From Treponema sp. J25 (GTDB taxonomy: Bacteria; Spirochaetota; Spirochaetia; Treponematales; Breznakiellaceae), in the NCBI RefSeq assembly GCF_004343725.1, contig NZ_PTQW01000032.1, positions 9,287 through 73,286 of the forward strand: a stretch of 64,000 bases of DNA. The letters are read 5' to 3'. The notes under the pieces are model-generated. The model did not search any database. It was not told the DNA's origin and saw nothing but the letters and a program-made list of their open reading frames with translations. Numbering within the stretch: the stretch's first letter is position 1; every line of letters starts with the position of its first letter. Positions 1-10,357 of the stretch are shown piece after piece. The translations under genes and the position numbers were made by a program.

Positions 1-180
1 GATGGGCTTTCCCGGGAAAGTATAAAAGAACTGCAGGCCTGGGCAAAGGGCAAAACGGCCGGCCAACTATTGGAAGTCATGGCCTGCACGGGGGGCTGCG
101 TGGCTGGCCCTTCGGTAATTACGAATCCGAAGGTGGCCCTTATGCAATTGAAAAAGCTCGTCCAGGAGGCCCAGCCTTCA
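1..180 (+). CDS. Partial CDS, 3' end only, of a hydrogenase-like Fe-S protein (C-terminal motif EVMACTGGCVAGP)
   Basis: The open frame runs in from the window edge and ends at TAA 178-180. The motif EVMAC-GGC resembles the C-terminal H-cluster region of [FeFe]-hydrogenase-like proteins. This is family-level recall only. Confidence 0.35.
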
Positions 181-419
181 TAAGCGGCTGTACTGCCGTG
201 CTCATCCCCGAGGTCTGCCCCAGCGGCAACGGGAACCCATCACCTGGCCCCGTCAGGGGCTGGGTATTTTACGGGGCGTCTTCGAGATGTGTTTCGGGGT
301 GTCCTCTCGGCACACCGCCCCGCATTCCCCAGGGGCCCCTTCTCAGTCTATCCCTTTTTCTATTTTCATCGCCTCCGCGGGGAGGCCTAGCAAAAGTCCG
401 TCGGCCTCCACCATCTTTT

Positions 420-2078
420 TTATCCCTTGTTATCGATGATAGCCCCTCCGTCCCCTGCACTTTCCTTTTTTCGTGCGAGGAGGGTCCGGAGGATACGGTC
501 ATACTCTTCTATCTGGTCCCGACTCTGCAGATAGTCCGCATACAGGGCTTCTTCAAAAAGTTCGGTAAAGCGTCGAACAGGATGAGCAAGGGACGACTCT
601 TTTTGAATCAGGGCCTCCGCATAGTCACCGGGGCTCGTGGTAGGGGTAAACCGAAGGCCCCAGATGGATTCTCCCCACCGAATAAAACGGAGATACAGGC
701 GCACCATGTAGCCCATCTGGTGTTTCTTTTGGGGATTCTTGCGACGGGCTATGAGTTCTTCCAGGTTATGCCGAACCTGCTCCAGGTTGTCCTCGTCAAT
801 AGGTAGCGCCGGCAACTTGTTCCGTTTTCTCCGACGCAGGAGCACCAGAACTCGGCGGAACCAGTTTTTAAATGCCCCAAAGGGCCGGGATTGCCGCAGA
901 CGCCGCCAGAAGGAGCGGGACCTGAGGGGTGCAAAGAGGAATACCACCACCAGGATAATGCTCCCTATAATCAGTCCCCACTTGAGATAAGGAATAAGCC
1001 AACTGAGATCCACCAGGGGCTTAAGATTTTCGATATCGGTAAGAGGGGGTGGAGGTTCTTCCAATTCACCCAGCGGGAACTCCGGATAAGCTGGGGGAAG
1101 ATCCTTAAAATGCCGTTCTGGGAAAAGGCTCGAAAGCCAGCGGAAAAAAGCCTCGAGCCAGGCAATGGGGAGGAGCGGCCTGTTACCGGTAAACACCACC
1201 GCGAGAACCAGGGAAACAGCAATCCCCCCCAGCAGTAATTTCTGCTGCCTATTTCGAGAATCGTCATCGATGGAGAATCCCGCCCCCGCATCGTACTGTT
1301 CTCGAAAATAAATTCCAATTAGACCAGAGGTAAAGGGGAAAAAGGCCACAAGAATCAAAAGGAAAAAATGCACATACCAGGGGGCCTGCGGCTCGATAAC
1401 ACTAAAAAGGAGCAGCATCAAAATAAACAGGCCGCCAAACAAAAGGGTTCCAATGCGCAGGGCCTTAAGATCGTGCTGAACTTCGGTAGTAAAATCGGCC
1501 TGTTCCCGAACCTGGTTGATAAGGGGCTCGCCACTTAATCCTTCAAACTCCCTGAGAAAGGCTTCCCGGTTTCTCCATCGGCTGTGCAAGATGGTAGTAA
1601 GAATCCACTGCAAAACAGCAACAATCAGGGGAAAAAGATTCGCCGACCGAGGTAAGAGCACAGAAAGAAACGAAAGCTCCTGGGGTAAATTCTCCCCTGC
1701 GGTGATGGCAACGCCGGAATCAGAAGAAAGCGGTGTTTCTTCCCGGGGCGTTCCCAGCACCCTGAGGCCAAAGCTATCGGCGACAGAAAAAAGGCCATAC
1801 ACCAGGATGCCAATCACAAGCAACTCCCGAAAGCGGCTTGCCCAGGAAGCCCGCTCTTGATACAAAAGATTCCCCACCACCACCGATTCGATTCCTGTTA
1901 GGGCCAGCAACAAGAGTACAGCAAAAAAGGATTGGATAGTCAGCAAGCCCCCATAGGTACCCATAAAAAGGATGGCCCCCAGGGTAGCAAAGGGCTGCAG
2001 GAAAGAAATAAGGGGGTGCACCAGATAGAATGAACGATCCCATTGGGTTTCAGGGGTATCTACCGTTTTTTTATTCAT
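420..2078 (-). CDS. DUF4129-like multi-pass membrane protein, third gene of a MoxR-DUF58 operon
   Basis: 552-aa ORF with many TM segments and a basic/acidic C-terminal domain typical of DUF4129 proteins. It overlaps the upstream DUF58 gene by 8 nt, indicating translational coupling. Confidence 0.55.
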   Translation of the reverse strand: MNKKTVDTPETQWDRSFYLVHPLISFLQPFATLGAILFMGTYGGLLTIQSFFAVLLLLALTGIESVVVGNLLYQERASWASRFRELLVIGILVYGLFSVADSFGLRVLGTPREETPLSSDSGVAITAGENLPQELSFLSVLLPRSANLFPLIVAVLQWILTTILHSRWRNREAFLREFEGLSGEPLINQVREQADFTTEVQHDLKALRIGTLLFGGLFILMLLLFSVIEPQAPWYVHFFLLILVAFFPFTSGLIGIYFREQYDAGAGFSIDDDSRNRQQKLLLGGIAVSLVLAVVFTGNRPLLPIAWLEAFFRWLSSLFPERHFKDLPPAYPEFPLGELEEPPPPLTDIENLKPLVDLSWLIPYLKWGLIIGSIILVVVFLFAPLRSRSFWRRLRQSRPFGAFKNWFRRVLVLLRRRKRNKLPALPIDEDNLEQVRHNLEELIARRKNPQKKHQMGYMVRLYLRFIRWGESIWGLRFTPTTSPGDYAEALIQKESSLAHPVRRFTELFEEALYADYLQSRDQIEEYDRILRTLLARKKESAGDGGAIIDNKG

Positions 2079-3216
2079 TCTCGTACTCCATCTCTACGAC
2101 CGGAACCTGCCACTGGTGCAGTTCCCTGAGGTTTTCAGCGGTAGCCCCAACGATGTACACCGCAAAGGTACACCCCTTCCGTCGACTGAGAAGCACCAGT
2201 TCCTGAAGCTTTTCTCCCCCAAAAACTCCCACATAGGCCACATGGGCACGATACGGAACCTCCACCAGGGCCCGATGGAACAGGTCCCATCCCTCATCAT
2301 CCTCGGAAATGCGAAGGCTTGCGAGACTATCCAGAATAGGGGTGGCGCTTTCATGGGCCGGGGGAATATAGAGCCGTTCCTCCCGATCAGGCAAAAGACC
2401 ATTCGACACAAGACCAGTCATCTGGCCCGCCATAGTGGCGGTAGACACAAGGGAGGCCCCATAGGAAATAGCCCATTCTGTATACAGATAGCGCTCTTTT
2501 AAAGGGAAAGACGGCCCATAGATATTCAAAATTACCAGAAGGGGGCTATCCATACTTGATTCATATTCGGTGGCGATAAGCTTCCCCACATGGGCGGTAG
2601 ACTTCCAGTTAATCCGACGCAGGTCATCTCCCACCTGGTATTCCCTTAGGGAACGGAAACGACCGGGATCTTCGTGAATCCGAAAGGGGCTGGGAAGTTC
2701 TCCCACCGGAGACCCATCGCCGGGATGGAAAGAGAGGGGCACCATGGCAGGATACACCACCAGATGGCCCCGTTCAGGGCTTTCCACAGTAACACTTTGC
2801 ATACCCAGAAAATCCCGCAATTCTATACGAACCGGTCCAAGTTCCCAGCGCCCCCGCTCTGTTCCCCGAAGGGCATACTGAATAATCCGCTTGCTCTTAG
2901 GAAGGATATCCAGTTTTTGCCGATTCTGACCGTGGGCATCAAAGGTACTAATACCATCGCTTAAGACGGCCGCCAGCATGGGAAACCAGCTTCGGTTCTG
3001 AATCTCTAGCTCGATACGGGCCAACTGGTTCTTATAAATTCGTACTATCGGATCTTTCCGACGGATCCGCAACCCCTGTTCCAGAAAAAACAGATACAGG
3101 AGATTTAAAAAAAGAAGGAAGGCCCCAAAAAGGGCAAGGGTTCGTAAGAGCGAAAGGGGGGCAAAAAAAGCAATAAGAATCAGGAAGAGGATCAATAAAC
3201 GACCCCGGTATTTCAT
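2071..3216 (-). CDS. DUF58 domain protein (MoxR-associated, vWA-like)
   Basis: Carries the hallmark DUF58 motif REYQVGDDLRRINWKSTAH, an N-terminal TM helix, and a 4-nt overlap with the MoxR ATPase gene. Confidence 0.75.
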   Translation of the reverse strand: MKYRGRLLILFLILIAFFAPLSLLRTLALFGAFLLFLNLLYLFFLEQGLRIRRKDPIVRIYKNQLARIELEIQNRSWFPMLAAVLSDGISTFDAHGQNRQKLDILPKSKRIIQYALRGTERGRWELGPVRIELRDFLGMQSVTVESPERGHLVVYPAMVPLSFHPGDGSPVGELPSPFRIHEDPGRFRSLREYQVGDDLRRINWKSTAHVGKLIATEYESSMDSPLLVILNIYGPSFPLKERYLYTEWAISYGASLVSTATMAGQMTGLVSNGLLPDREERLYIPPAHESATPILDSLASLRISEDDEGWDLFHRALVEVPYRAHVAYVGVFGGEKLQELVLLSRRKGCTFAVYIVGATAENLRELHQWQVPVVEMEYENE

Positions 3217-4169
3217 ACTCCTTCCTTAAATACGGGAACGGGGACACTTTCCACAATAGATTCCACCACCCGATCAACCTGAATATTTTTGATAAGGGCT
3301 TCGCTTTTTAGGATGATTCGTTTTCTAAACACATCGGCCACCAGGGCCCGGATATCCTCCGGGACCACATAGCGTCGCCCTTCCATGGCGGCCCAGGCCT
3401 GACTTGCCCGATAGAGGGCAAGGCTCCCCCGGGGCGAAACCCCCAGTCGAACTGAAGGGTGTTCCCGGCTTGCCTGGACCAGTGCCAGCATGTAATCCCG
3501 CAGGGCCGGATCTACATGAATCTGGGTTACCTCTTCTTGAAATTTTAAGAGGTCCTCTTTGTGAAAGCGGGGGGAAAGCTTTTCTACAGGATTATACAAT
3601 TGCCGCTGGCTTTCCAGAATAAGGGCTTCCGCCGTCTTATCGGGGTATCCAATAGAAAGGGAAAGAAGGAAACGGTCCTTTTGGGCTTCCGGCAAGGGGA
3701 AGGTCCCTTCGAATTCTACGGGGTTCTCCGTAGCCATGATAAAAAAGGGCTCCGGAAGGGGAAGTTTTTTTCCTTCCACCGAGATTTGCCGTTCCGCCAT
3801 GGCTTCTAGTAGGGCCGATTGGGTACGGGGCGTAGCCCGATTAATTTCGTCCACCAGAACGATATTAGAAACGATGGGGCCCTGTTTGAAAAGAAAGCGT
3901 TGTTTTTCCGCCGACCAGATGGAAACCCCCAGCACATCCGCCGGTAAAAGATCGGGCGTACATTGGATACGCTTAAAATCCAGGTCCAGCACCGCCGCCA
4001 CTGCCCGGGCAACAATTGTCTTTCCGGTCCCCGGCACATCTTCCAAAAGCACATGGCCCCGGGAAAGAAGGGCGCAGAGGATCTTTTTAATTACCCGTTG
4101 TTTTCCATAAAAAACTTCTTCTACCGCCGCTACCAGTTCTTTTGACCAGGATTGAATTGATATACTCAT
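3213..4169 (-). CDS. MoxR-family AAA+ ATPase
   Basis: Walker A motif (VLLEDVPGTGKT) and Walker B motif (IVLVDEINRA); length 318 aa is typical of MoxR/RavA-like ATPases. Confidence 0.85.
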   Translation of the reverse strand: MSISIQSWSKELVAAVEEVFYGKQRVIKKILCALLSRGHVLLEDVPGTGKTIVARAVAAVLDLDFKRIQCTPDLLPADVLGVSIWSAEKQRFLFKQGPIVSNIVLVDEINRATPRTQSALLEAMAERQISVEGKKLPLPEPFFIMATENPVEFEGTFPLPEAQKDRFLLSLSIGYPDKTAEALILESQRQLYNPVEKLSPRFHKEDLLKFQEEVTQIHVDPALRDYMLALVQASREHPSVRLGVSPRGSLALYRASQAWAAMEGRRYVVPEDIRALVADVFRKRIILKSEALIKNIQVDRVVESIVESVPVPVFKEGV

Positions 4170-4195
4170 AGGAGCATTATATCATACATTTGGGT

Positions 4196-4687
4196 TTATG
4201 CATTTTTACCACAGCACTGTTTGTACTTTTTTCCACTGCCACAGGGACAGGGGTCGTTTCGTCCAATCCGTGGACCGGCCCGTACAATAGTCGTGGGCAC
4301 AATATCTCCCCGTTCATATCGCCAGTGCCCCCCTTCCTTTTTAAAATAGGCCCGTTCATGGTGGGTATCCTTAAGACCATCCAGGATATAGGTGGCTTCG
4401 AATTCCACGATTCCTTCCGTGTCATTGGGACTTCCTTTTTCGCTTGTCAGGATTCGCAGCCCCAGCCACTGGGAACGCTTACTCCATAGGCGAGTTTGTT
4501 CTACATCAATATCCTTTTGACCTTCGGCAACACAGGTTTTTACGATGTAATCGATGTCATGGACCACATAGGCGGTATACCGACTGCGCATCAGGGCCTC
4601 TGCCGTGGGAGCATCCTTGCTTCCCTTTATATACGGCTCACAACACTGGGCATATTCACGACCAGAACCACAGGGACAAAGGGACAT
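4196..4687 (-). CDS. YchJ-family protein with SEC-C metal-binding motifs at both termini
   Basis: N-terminal CPCGSG…QCC and C-terminal [18 protein letters not shown] motifs, matching the UPF0225/YchJ architecture. Confidence 0.75.
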   Translation of the reverse strand: MSLCPCGSGREYAQCCEPYIKGSKDAPTAEALMRSRYTAYVVHDIDYIVKTCVAEGQKDIDVEQTRLWSKRSQWLGLRILTSEKGSPNDTEGIVEFEATYILDGLKDTHHERAYFKKEGGHWRYERGDIVPTTIVRAGPRIGRNDPCPCGSGKKYKQCCGKNA

Positions 4688-4792
4688 GACGGTTTTTCCT
4701 CCTTCCTTTTCTGTGCTATGACATACCTTGCAGGATAAAAGGGACCCCTATTTTTGGGGTAGGGGGGCCCCTGCTTTCCGCAAGCTTCGGTA

Positions 4793-4832
4793 CCCTGAGG
4801 GGGCGATTGAAGGAACTGCCGCCCCCTCAGGG
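4793..4832. promoter_or_regulatory. Perfect 13-bp-stem hairpin (CCCTGAGGGGGCG / 14-nt loop / CGCCCCCTCAGGG) in the divergent ychJ-like/eamA intergenic region
   Basis: Read directly from the sequence; arms at 4793-4805 and 4820-4832. Confidence 0.5.
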
Positions 4833-4940
4833 GGATCGTCCCTTTGTTGTACCCCAGAATAAAGGTCCTACTCAAGACGGACGTATCCCAACGAAGGGCC
4901 CTTGCGTTTCTCCCTTTCCTTGACGTACTGTGGTTGTACT

Positions 4941-5870
4941 ATGAGAAAAACAACCAAAGGACTTATCAAGATAAATGGGGCCGTTATTTTCTGGGGTGTC
5001 TCCTTTGTTTCTATCAAGGTAGCGGTTGCGGTCATTCCTCCTATGACGTTAGGGGCCCTCAGGTTTGCCCTGGCGCTCTTTTTTTTATACGGAATCAAAT
5101 GGTGGAAAATCCCGGACGAAAAGCTCCAAAAAGGAGACCTCCCCTATCTTGCAGGGGCCGGACTTGTGGGAGTTACCGCCTATTTCTTTTTCGAGAACAA
5201 CGGTGTATCCCTTATTCCCGCCTCTGAGGCTTCGCTTATCGTGGCGGCTATACCCGTGTTTTCTATGCTCGCAGAGCAAATCGCCTCCGCTCTGTTTTCC
5301 CAGAAAACAAAGCCCCTCCATCTTCTTCAATGGTTCGGCGCGGCCCTTTCCATGCTGGGGGTGTGGTGCATTACCTTGCCTTCTTTATCCGGCGCAATGA
5401 ACGCCCCTGGAATGAGCGACCCCCGGGGGTACCTTTTCATGCTGGGAGCGGTCGTAAGCTGGGTTCTCTACGCCTTTCTTACTCGTCCGCTGTTTAGTCG
5501 TCATTCCAATATTTTTATTGTTTTCTGGCAATCCCTTTTTGGCTTCCTGGGATTTTTACCATTTACCCTCCGTGAGTAGGCCCAGTGGTCGAGCATTCCT
5601 GCCCTGGTGTGGGGCCACGTGGGATACCTGGGAATTTTTTGTTCCGCCCTGGGCTATCTCTTTTATGTGGAAGGCCTCGAAACCCTCGGTGTTGGGACCT
5701 CTTCGGTATTTATCAATCTTATTCCGGTAGTTACGTTGGGAGTGGCTTTTTTCTCATTAGGTGAGCGGCTTACCCCTATTCAATTAGCCGGGACCATCCT
5801 TGTTTTGGGAGGGATTTACCTCACAACTCTCCCCCAAATACAACGACATTACTCTCGAGGCTCTGATTGA
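4941..5870 (+). pseudogene. EamA/DMT-family transporter (10-TM, two EamA domains) interrupted by one in-frame TAG at 5577-5579
   Basis: ORFs 4902-5579 and 5607-5870 are in the same frame. The second ORF encodes the second EamA domain (…GERLTPIQLAGTILVLGGIYL). TAG is a genuine stop elsewhere in the window (murA, thrC). Confidence 0.6.
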
Positions 5871-5903
5871 CCTCTTCCTTAAAGAGAGTATAGAGTAACA
5901 ACC

Positions 5904-7190
5904 ATGCACGAATATTATATTGAAGGAGGGTATCCCCTCGGCGGAACCCTTGTAGCAAGTGGTAATAAAAATGCGGCCCTTCCCTGTATTGCGGCGGCCC
6001 TGCTTACCGATGAACCGGTAGTGCTTTCTAATATTCCCCTTATAGAAGACGTTCAGGTAATGCTTGATATCTACCGAGCCCTGGGGGGAACGGTAGAATC
6101 CCTGGGGAACCACACCTATCGATTACAGATTACCAATATTCAACACACCGAAATTCCCGTGGCCCTGGCAAAGAAAATCCGGGCATCCATCCTCTTTGCG
6201 GGTCCCCTTCTGGCCCGGGCGGGGGTGGTGGAACTGCCCCCACCCGGGGGAGACGTGATCGGGCGGCGCCGGCTGGACACCCATTTCCTTGCCCTTACCG
6301 AACTTGGCGCTCAGGTCGACATAAACGGGACCTTTCGATTCACCGTTCCGACTACCTTGCAAGGGGCGGATATTTTCTTAGACGAAGCTTCGGTAACGGC
6401 CACCGAAAACGCCATCATGGCGGCAGTGCTGGCCCGGGGGACAACCCGCCTTACCAATGCGGCCAGTGAACCCCATGTGCAGGACCTCTGCCGGATGCTG
6501 GTCCAGATGGGGGCCCGCATCCAGGGGATTGGATCCAATGTGCTCACCATTGAGGGGGTAAAACGCCTTTCAGGCTGCACCTTTGAAATTGGTCCCGACT
6601 TTATGGAAATCGGCTCCTTCATCGGCCTTGCGGCGGCTACAAAAAGTGAACTCACCATCGAAAAAACCCGCCCTGAAGATCTGCGACCCGCGAAAATCGC
6701 CTTTAACAAGCTGGGAATTCGCTGGGAAGTTTCGGGATCCACCATTTATGTGCCCGCCCAGCAGGAACGGCGGGTAAACTGTGACCTCGGCGGCATGATT
6801 CCCAAAATAGATGATGCCCCCTGGCCCGGATTTCCGCCGGATCTTACGAGCATCATCACGGTAGTAGCAACCCAGGTGGAAGGGACGGTCCTTGTTCATG
6901 AAAAGATGTTTGAGTCCCGCATGTTTTTTGTGGATAAATTGATAGGCATGGGAGCCCGCATCGTCCTGTGCGATCCGCACCGGGCAGTCGTAAGCGGCCC
7001 AGCTCAACTCAGTGGGTCAGAACTTACTTCCCCCGACGTCCGGGCCGGAATGGCCATGGTCATTGCCGCCCTTTGCGCCCGGGGCAAGAGTATTATTCGT
7101 AATGTATACCAGATTGAGCGGGGATACGAATCGCTGGTAGAACGCCTTGCCGCTATAGGGGCCCATATTACCCGCCACGGAGAATGTTAG
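5904..7190 (+). CDS. murA: UDP-N-acetylglucosamine 1-carboxyvinyltransferase
   Basis: 428 aa with an N-terminus typical of MurA (…GGTLVASGNKNAALPCIAAALLTDEPVVLSNIP…) and full-length similarity to the EPT family. Confidence 0.9.
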   Translation: MHEYYIEGGYPLGGTLVASGNKNAALPCIAAALLTDEPVVLSNIPLIEDVQVMLDIYRALGGTVESLGNHTYRLQITNIQHTEIPVALAKKIRASILFAGPLLARAGVVELPPPGGDVIGRRRLDTHFLALTELGAQVDINGTFRFTVPTTLQGADIFLDEASVTATENAIMAAVLARGTTRLTNAASEPHVQDLCRMLVQMGARIQGIGSNVLTIEGVKRLSGCTFEIGPDFMEIGSFIGLAAATKSELTIEKTRPEDLRPAKIAFNKLGIRWEVSGSTIYVPAQQERRVNCDLGGMIPKIDDAPWPGFPPDLTSIITVVATQVEGTVLVHEKMFESRMFFVDKLIGMGARIVLCDPHRAVVSGPAQLSGSELTSPDVRAGMAMVIAALCARGKSIIRNVYQIERGYESLVERLAAIGAHITRHGEC

Positions 7191-7211
7191 GGTGTTTGAT
7201 AGGGGGCCTTT

Positions 7212-8996
7212 CTAGGTCTTCTGAGCCCCCAGCGCAAAAAATCCCAGGAACAACAAAGCCCCATAACTTCCCAGAAGAATAAACAGGGTAGGCAAGAAAG
7301 ACACCGATACCAGTAAATAGAGATAGATATCCGAAAGAACGGTGGTGCCCATCTGGTAGGCAGGAATCGTAAGGACAGGAAGTAAACCGAGAAACACCAA
7401 AGAGAGGAAGCCTACTTTTCCCGTACTTCTGAGTCTCCATGCTCCTACCAGAACAAAAATAGCCAGGGTCAAACAAAAGAAGGGATCAAATATATACATG
7501 AGAAGGGTCTGCTGTTGGAACACACTGTTTATGTCTTTCTGGGGGACCCTTAGGCTATTCCATAAATCCACCACCGACTGAGTCTGAGGCGCCTTTTGAG
7601 AGCGGATTTGATAATAGAGATCACCGAAAGACAGAGGGAAAACAACAAAGGTCTTATCTTGAGATTTTTTGCCATTTATTGTAGGAAGATACTGGATCGT
7701 TTCATTTTTTCTATCTATCGCTTTTAACAGAAGGATCGTAGCAGATTGTCGGGAAGCAGGACCTGTGGTTTGGGGAATGATTTTACCATAGGGCGCCTGG
7801 ATAGTCTGGAGCATCGCACCCTTTTTATCCACCGTCATAACAGAAAGGTCCAGCAGGTATACCGCATCGCTTACAAAAGAAATTTGGCGAGCCGCGAGAA
7901 CGGTCAGAGTGCCCGCCGACGTTTTATCATCCGGCAGTGGCAACAGAACGTCCACATAGGGTTCTCCCAGATTAGTGGTAATTTCATCAATAAAAAAGGC
8001 AATTTTCTGGAGTCCCCGTAATGCCAGAGGATAATAGGTTATTACATCGGGATCCTTGGGATATTGTTCAATAAGACGGGCATACACATAATAGGCCTTT
8101 TGGTACTCTTCCGCAAGAAGCGCCATATACCCTTCTTGCTTTTGTTTAAAAAGGGTATATCGTTCTGTTTCTTTCTTATCGGGCGTAAGGTTCTGTATTG
8201 CTTCCCAGGTCTCGGAGGCAATCCTCTGGCCTTCTGTTTGTTCCAGGGTTCCCGGCGAAGCCAAACGGATGGCAAGGGAAGCAAGCCAATGCGCATCATA
8301 GAGGCGCCCGGAGGCTTTTGCCTTCTTTGCCTGTTGGAGGGCCTCCGAAGCCTTAAGATTCGCAGGAATACCCTTTAAGGCAGGAACGGTTCCTTCTGGC
8401 GTTATCACAAGCCCCGACGGAGGCTGCTTTTTTTGAAGGCTAAATTCTTGAACCCGCTCCTTTTCTAGTTCCGTGGCTACCGTGTCTCGGATACCAACAA
8501 GCTCTGGATCACCCTTCCAGATTTCTTCACATAAAGTCAAATGGAAGGCCGCTTCTTTCCATGATTTTCTTTGTACTTCTGCCTGAAGTAACGATTTGGC
8601 CCGTTCATAAATATACTTTTTTGTTTTCATTGTTTCCAGGGAATTTACACAAAGGGGACGCACCAACAGAAGTAAAAGGCTGTATAAAACAACCACAATT
8701 ATAATCTGAACAATTATATTCCCCATAAATTTCATAAATTCCAAAGAAAAACGTTCTGTAGAAGGCGCTTTCTGACTATACAGGCCGATACTGGTGATGA
8801 TCGCACAAAAGAGCACGGGTGGAATAAGAGGGATAGTTCTTTCTATGGCGGTACAAAAAATCCAATTACCTGCGAAACCAGGCAAAGGGATATGGGACTG
8901 TTCTACGAAAAAACTAACAATAACGTTTCCGCCCAGTATTATGAGGGCATACACCAAAAGGGAAAGAAGAAGAGAAGGTCTTCGTTGTTCATTCAT
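7212..8996 (-). CDS. Hypothetical membrane protein with TM segments at both ends and a TPR-like helical middle
   Basis: 594-aa ORF with hydrophobic N- and C-terminal regions and a helical-repeat central region; no specific family recognised. Confidence 0.45.
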   Translation of the reverse strand: MNEQRRPSLLLSLLVYALIILGGNVIVSFFVEQSHIPLPGFAGNWIFCTAIERTIPLIPPVLFCAIITSIGLYSQKAPSTERFSLEFMKFMGNIIVQIIIVVVLYSLLLLLVRPLCVNSLETMKTKKYIYERAKSLLQAEVQRKSWKEAAFHLTLCEEIWKGDPELVGIRDTVATELEKERVQEFSLQKKQPPSGLVITPEGTVPALKGIPANLKASEALQQAKKAKASGRLYDAHWLASLAIRLASPGTLEQTEGQRIASETWEAIQNLTPDKKETERYTLFKQKQEGYMALLAEEYQKAYYVYARLIEQYPKDPDVITYYPLALRGLQKIAFFIDEITTNLGEPYVDVLLPLPDDKTSAGTLTVLAARQISFVSDAVYLLDLSVMTVDKKGAMLQTIQAPYGKIIPQTTGPASRQSATILLLKAIDRKNETIQYLPTINGKKSQDKTFVVFPLSFGDLYYQIRSQKAPQTQSVVDLWNSLRVPQKDINSVFQQQTLLMYIFDPFFCLTLAIFVLVGAWRLRSTGKVGFLSLVFLGLLPVLTIPAYQMGTTVLSDIYLYLLVSVSFLPTLFILLGSYGALLFLGFFALGAQKT

Positions 8997-9046
8997 GGAG
9001 CCTTCTCCTTATTATCCAACACCGCAACGCCTGTTTTTCGTACTCT

Positions 9047-9955
9047 CTAGTCATACCGTCGCTCCTTGTCGCCTGCCAGGTACAATAGAAGATCCAACAG
9101 ATTGCAAAGCAGGGCCCCCGCAACACAGGCAAAGGGCTGCACCTGTTCAGGGGTAAGAAGGCCGTAGCTATATTTGCTCATAAAACCAGTAAATTGAGGT
9201 TCGAAAAGGGGTTGAATTAAAATTAACCAAAGACCTCCTATTGTAATCGCCCAGATCATGTTGATAAATGGCCACGAACGGATTCTCAGGAAAACTCGAA
9301 GGGATATTAAGAAATATGCAAGGCTGAGCACACAGAAAAGAAAAGCGGGGAACCCCTTCTGCCATTGGTCTTTAAGATAAGATGCGGCCCTTCTTATAGA
9401 TGTATGTATAATTTCCGGGAAAATAAAAGAATAGGCTGTTCCATAAAAAGAAAGAGGGGTGTCGGTAGATTGTACCTGCGGGCCCTTTTCTCCAAAGACA
9501 AGGATTACCGAGCGTTCTTTCTCTGCAGTAAAAAGATACAAGGCTTCCTGAGAATTGCTCTTAACTCTTGTTCCCATTCGGAGAAAAGAAACGGAAGATG
9601 GTACGGGAGAGGAAGCATCTTTATAGGTAGGGGCAGAGCCTGGTATCACCGAGGTAAAACCAAGGATGGTAAGGGATACTCCGGACAGTACAGTAAGGAT
9701 CATAATAACAAAAGGAGCAAGTATTTTTTTTCGTATTCCGTAACCATTTCCCAGGCTAATCATGCCTATAAAGGCGAGAATAGCCGCTTCCCATATTCTT
9801 TCTCCCCCTATCATTTCCCTTGAATTAGAGATAATAGGAGGATAGATACTAAACCCCTTAGTTCTCTCATGGAGTTCTAATAAAAGCTGTACACTGAAAA
9901 CAAGCACCCCAAAAGTGATACCACTTAATAAAATAAGCTTCGCTATCCTCTTCAC
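9047..9955 (-). CDS. Hypothetical polytopic membrane protein
   Basis: 302-aa ORF with several hydrophobic segments. It lies downstream of the repeat-bearing AT-rich region on the same strand. Confidence 0.45.
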   Translation of the reverse strand: MKRIAKLILLSGITFGVLVFSVQLLLELHERTKGFSIYPPIISNSREMIGGERIWEAAILAFIGMISLGNGYGIRKKILAPFVIMILTVLSGVSLTILGFTSVIPGSAPTYKDASSPVPSSVSFLRMGTRVKSNSQEALYLFTAEKERSVILVFGEKGPQVQSTDTPLSFYGTAYSFIFPEIIHTSIRRAASYLKDQWQKGFPAFLFCVLSLAYFLISLRVFLRIRSWPFINMIWAITIGGLWLILIQPLFEPQFTGFMSKYSYGLLTPEQVQPFACVAGALLCNLLDLLLYLAGDKERRYD

Positions 9956-10054
9956 CTTGATTCTAGCCTATCATGCAACCCCAAGGAATGCAAGTTTTAT
10001 TCATTAAAAAAGTCAATCAGAATATACCGCTTATACAGAAGGAGTCCACAAAGA

Positions 10055-10306
10055 TTTCACAAGTTATCCACAATTTATGTTACACTTTTTTGTCCGGACT
10101 GGAGATTTTTTAGAAAATAGGAAAAATATACTTTTCTTTTTTTAAGTCACCAAACACCATCTTCTTATTTTATTTCATTTTTATACAAATAATTATAAAT
10201 ATTTAAAAAAAGCTATGTATACTTTTATTCCATAAAAGTGTATACAAAGATATACGGAAAGAAACTGTTTCTCTTATTTCACAAATTATCCACAATTTGT
10301 TCACAT
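10055..10306. promoter_or_regulatory. AT-rich ~400-bp intergenic region with two ~30-bp direct repeats, each made of three T(T/C)CACA(A/T) units at 11-bp periodicity
   Basis: Repeat 1 is TTTCACAAGTTATCCACAATTTATGTTACAC and repeat 2 is TTTCACAAATTATCCACAATTTGTTCACAT (10277-10306); they are 222 bp apart. Each contains a perfect TTATCCACA 9-mer (10064-10072 and 10286-10294). GTATAC palindromes lie between them. Confidence 0.6.
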
Positions 10307-10357
10307 TTAGAAATGTTAGATACATCACACAGAGACATTAAACTTCTCACAGAATCA

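Noticed and set aside
269-2411. Numerous short ORFs from the six-frame track nested inside or antisense to long genes (for example 269-502, 749-934, 1516-1860, 2094-2411, and many similar throughout)
   Set aside because: These are shadow ORFs fully overlapped by longer, motif-supported genes, with no independent evidence.
10055-10306. Two perfect DnaA boxes (TTATCCACA) in a 400-bp AT-rich region, considered as a chromosomal replication origin
   Set aside because: Neither dnaA nor dnaN is nearby. The boxes are embedded in longer 30-bp direct repeats with 11-bp-periodic half-sites, which fits an OmpR-type regulator operator better. No DnaA-trio or DUE-like features were evident. I kept it as a regulatory finding instead.
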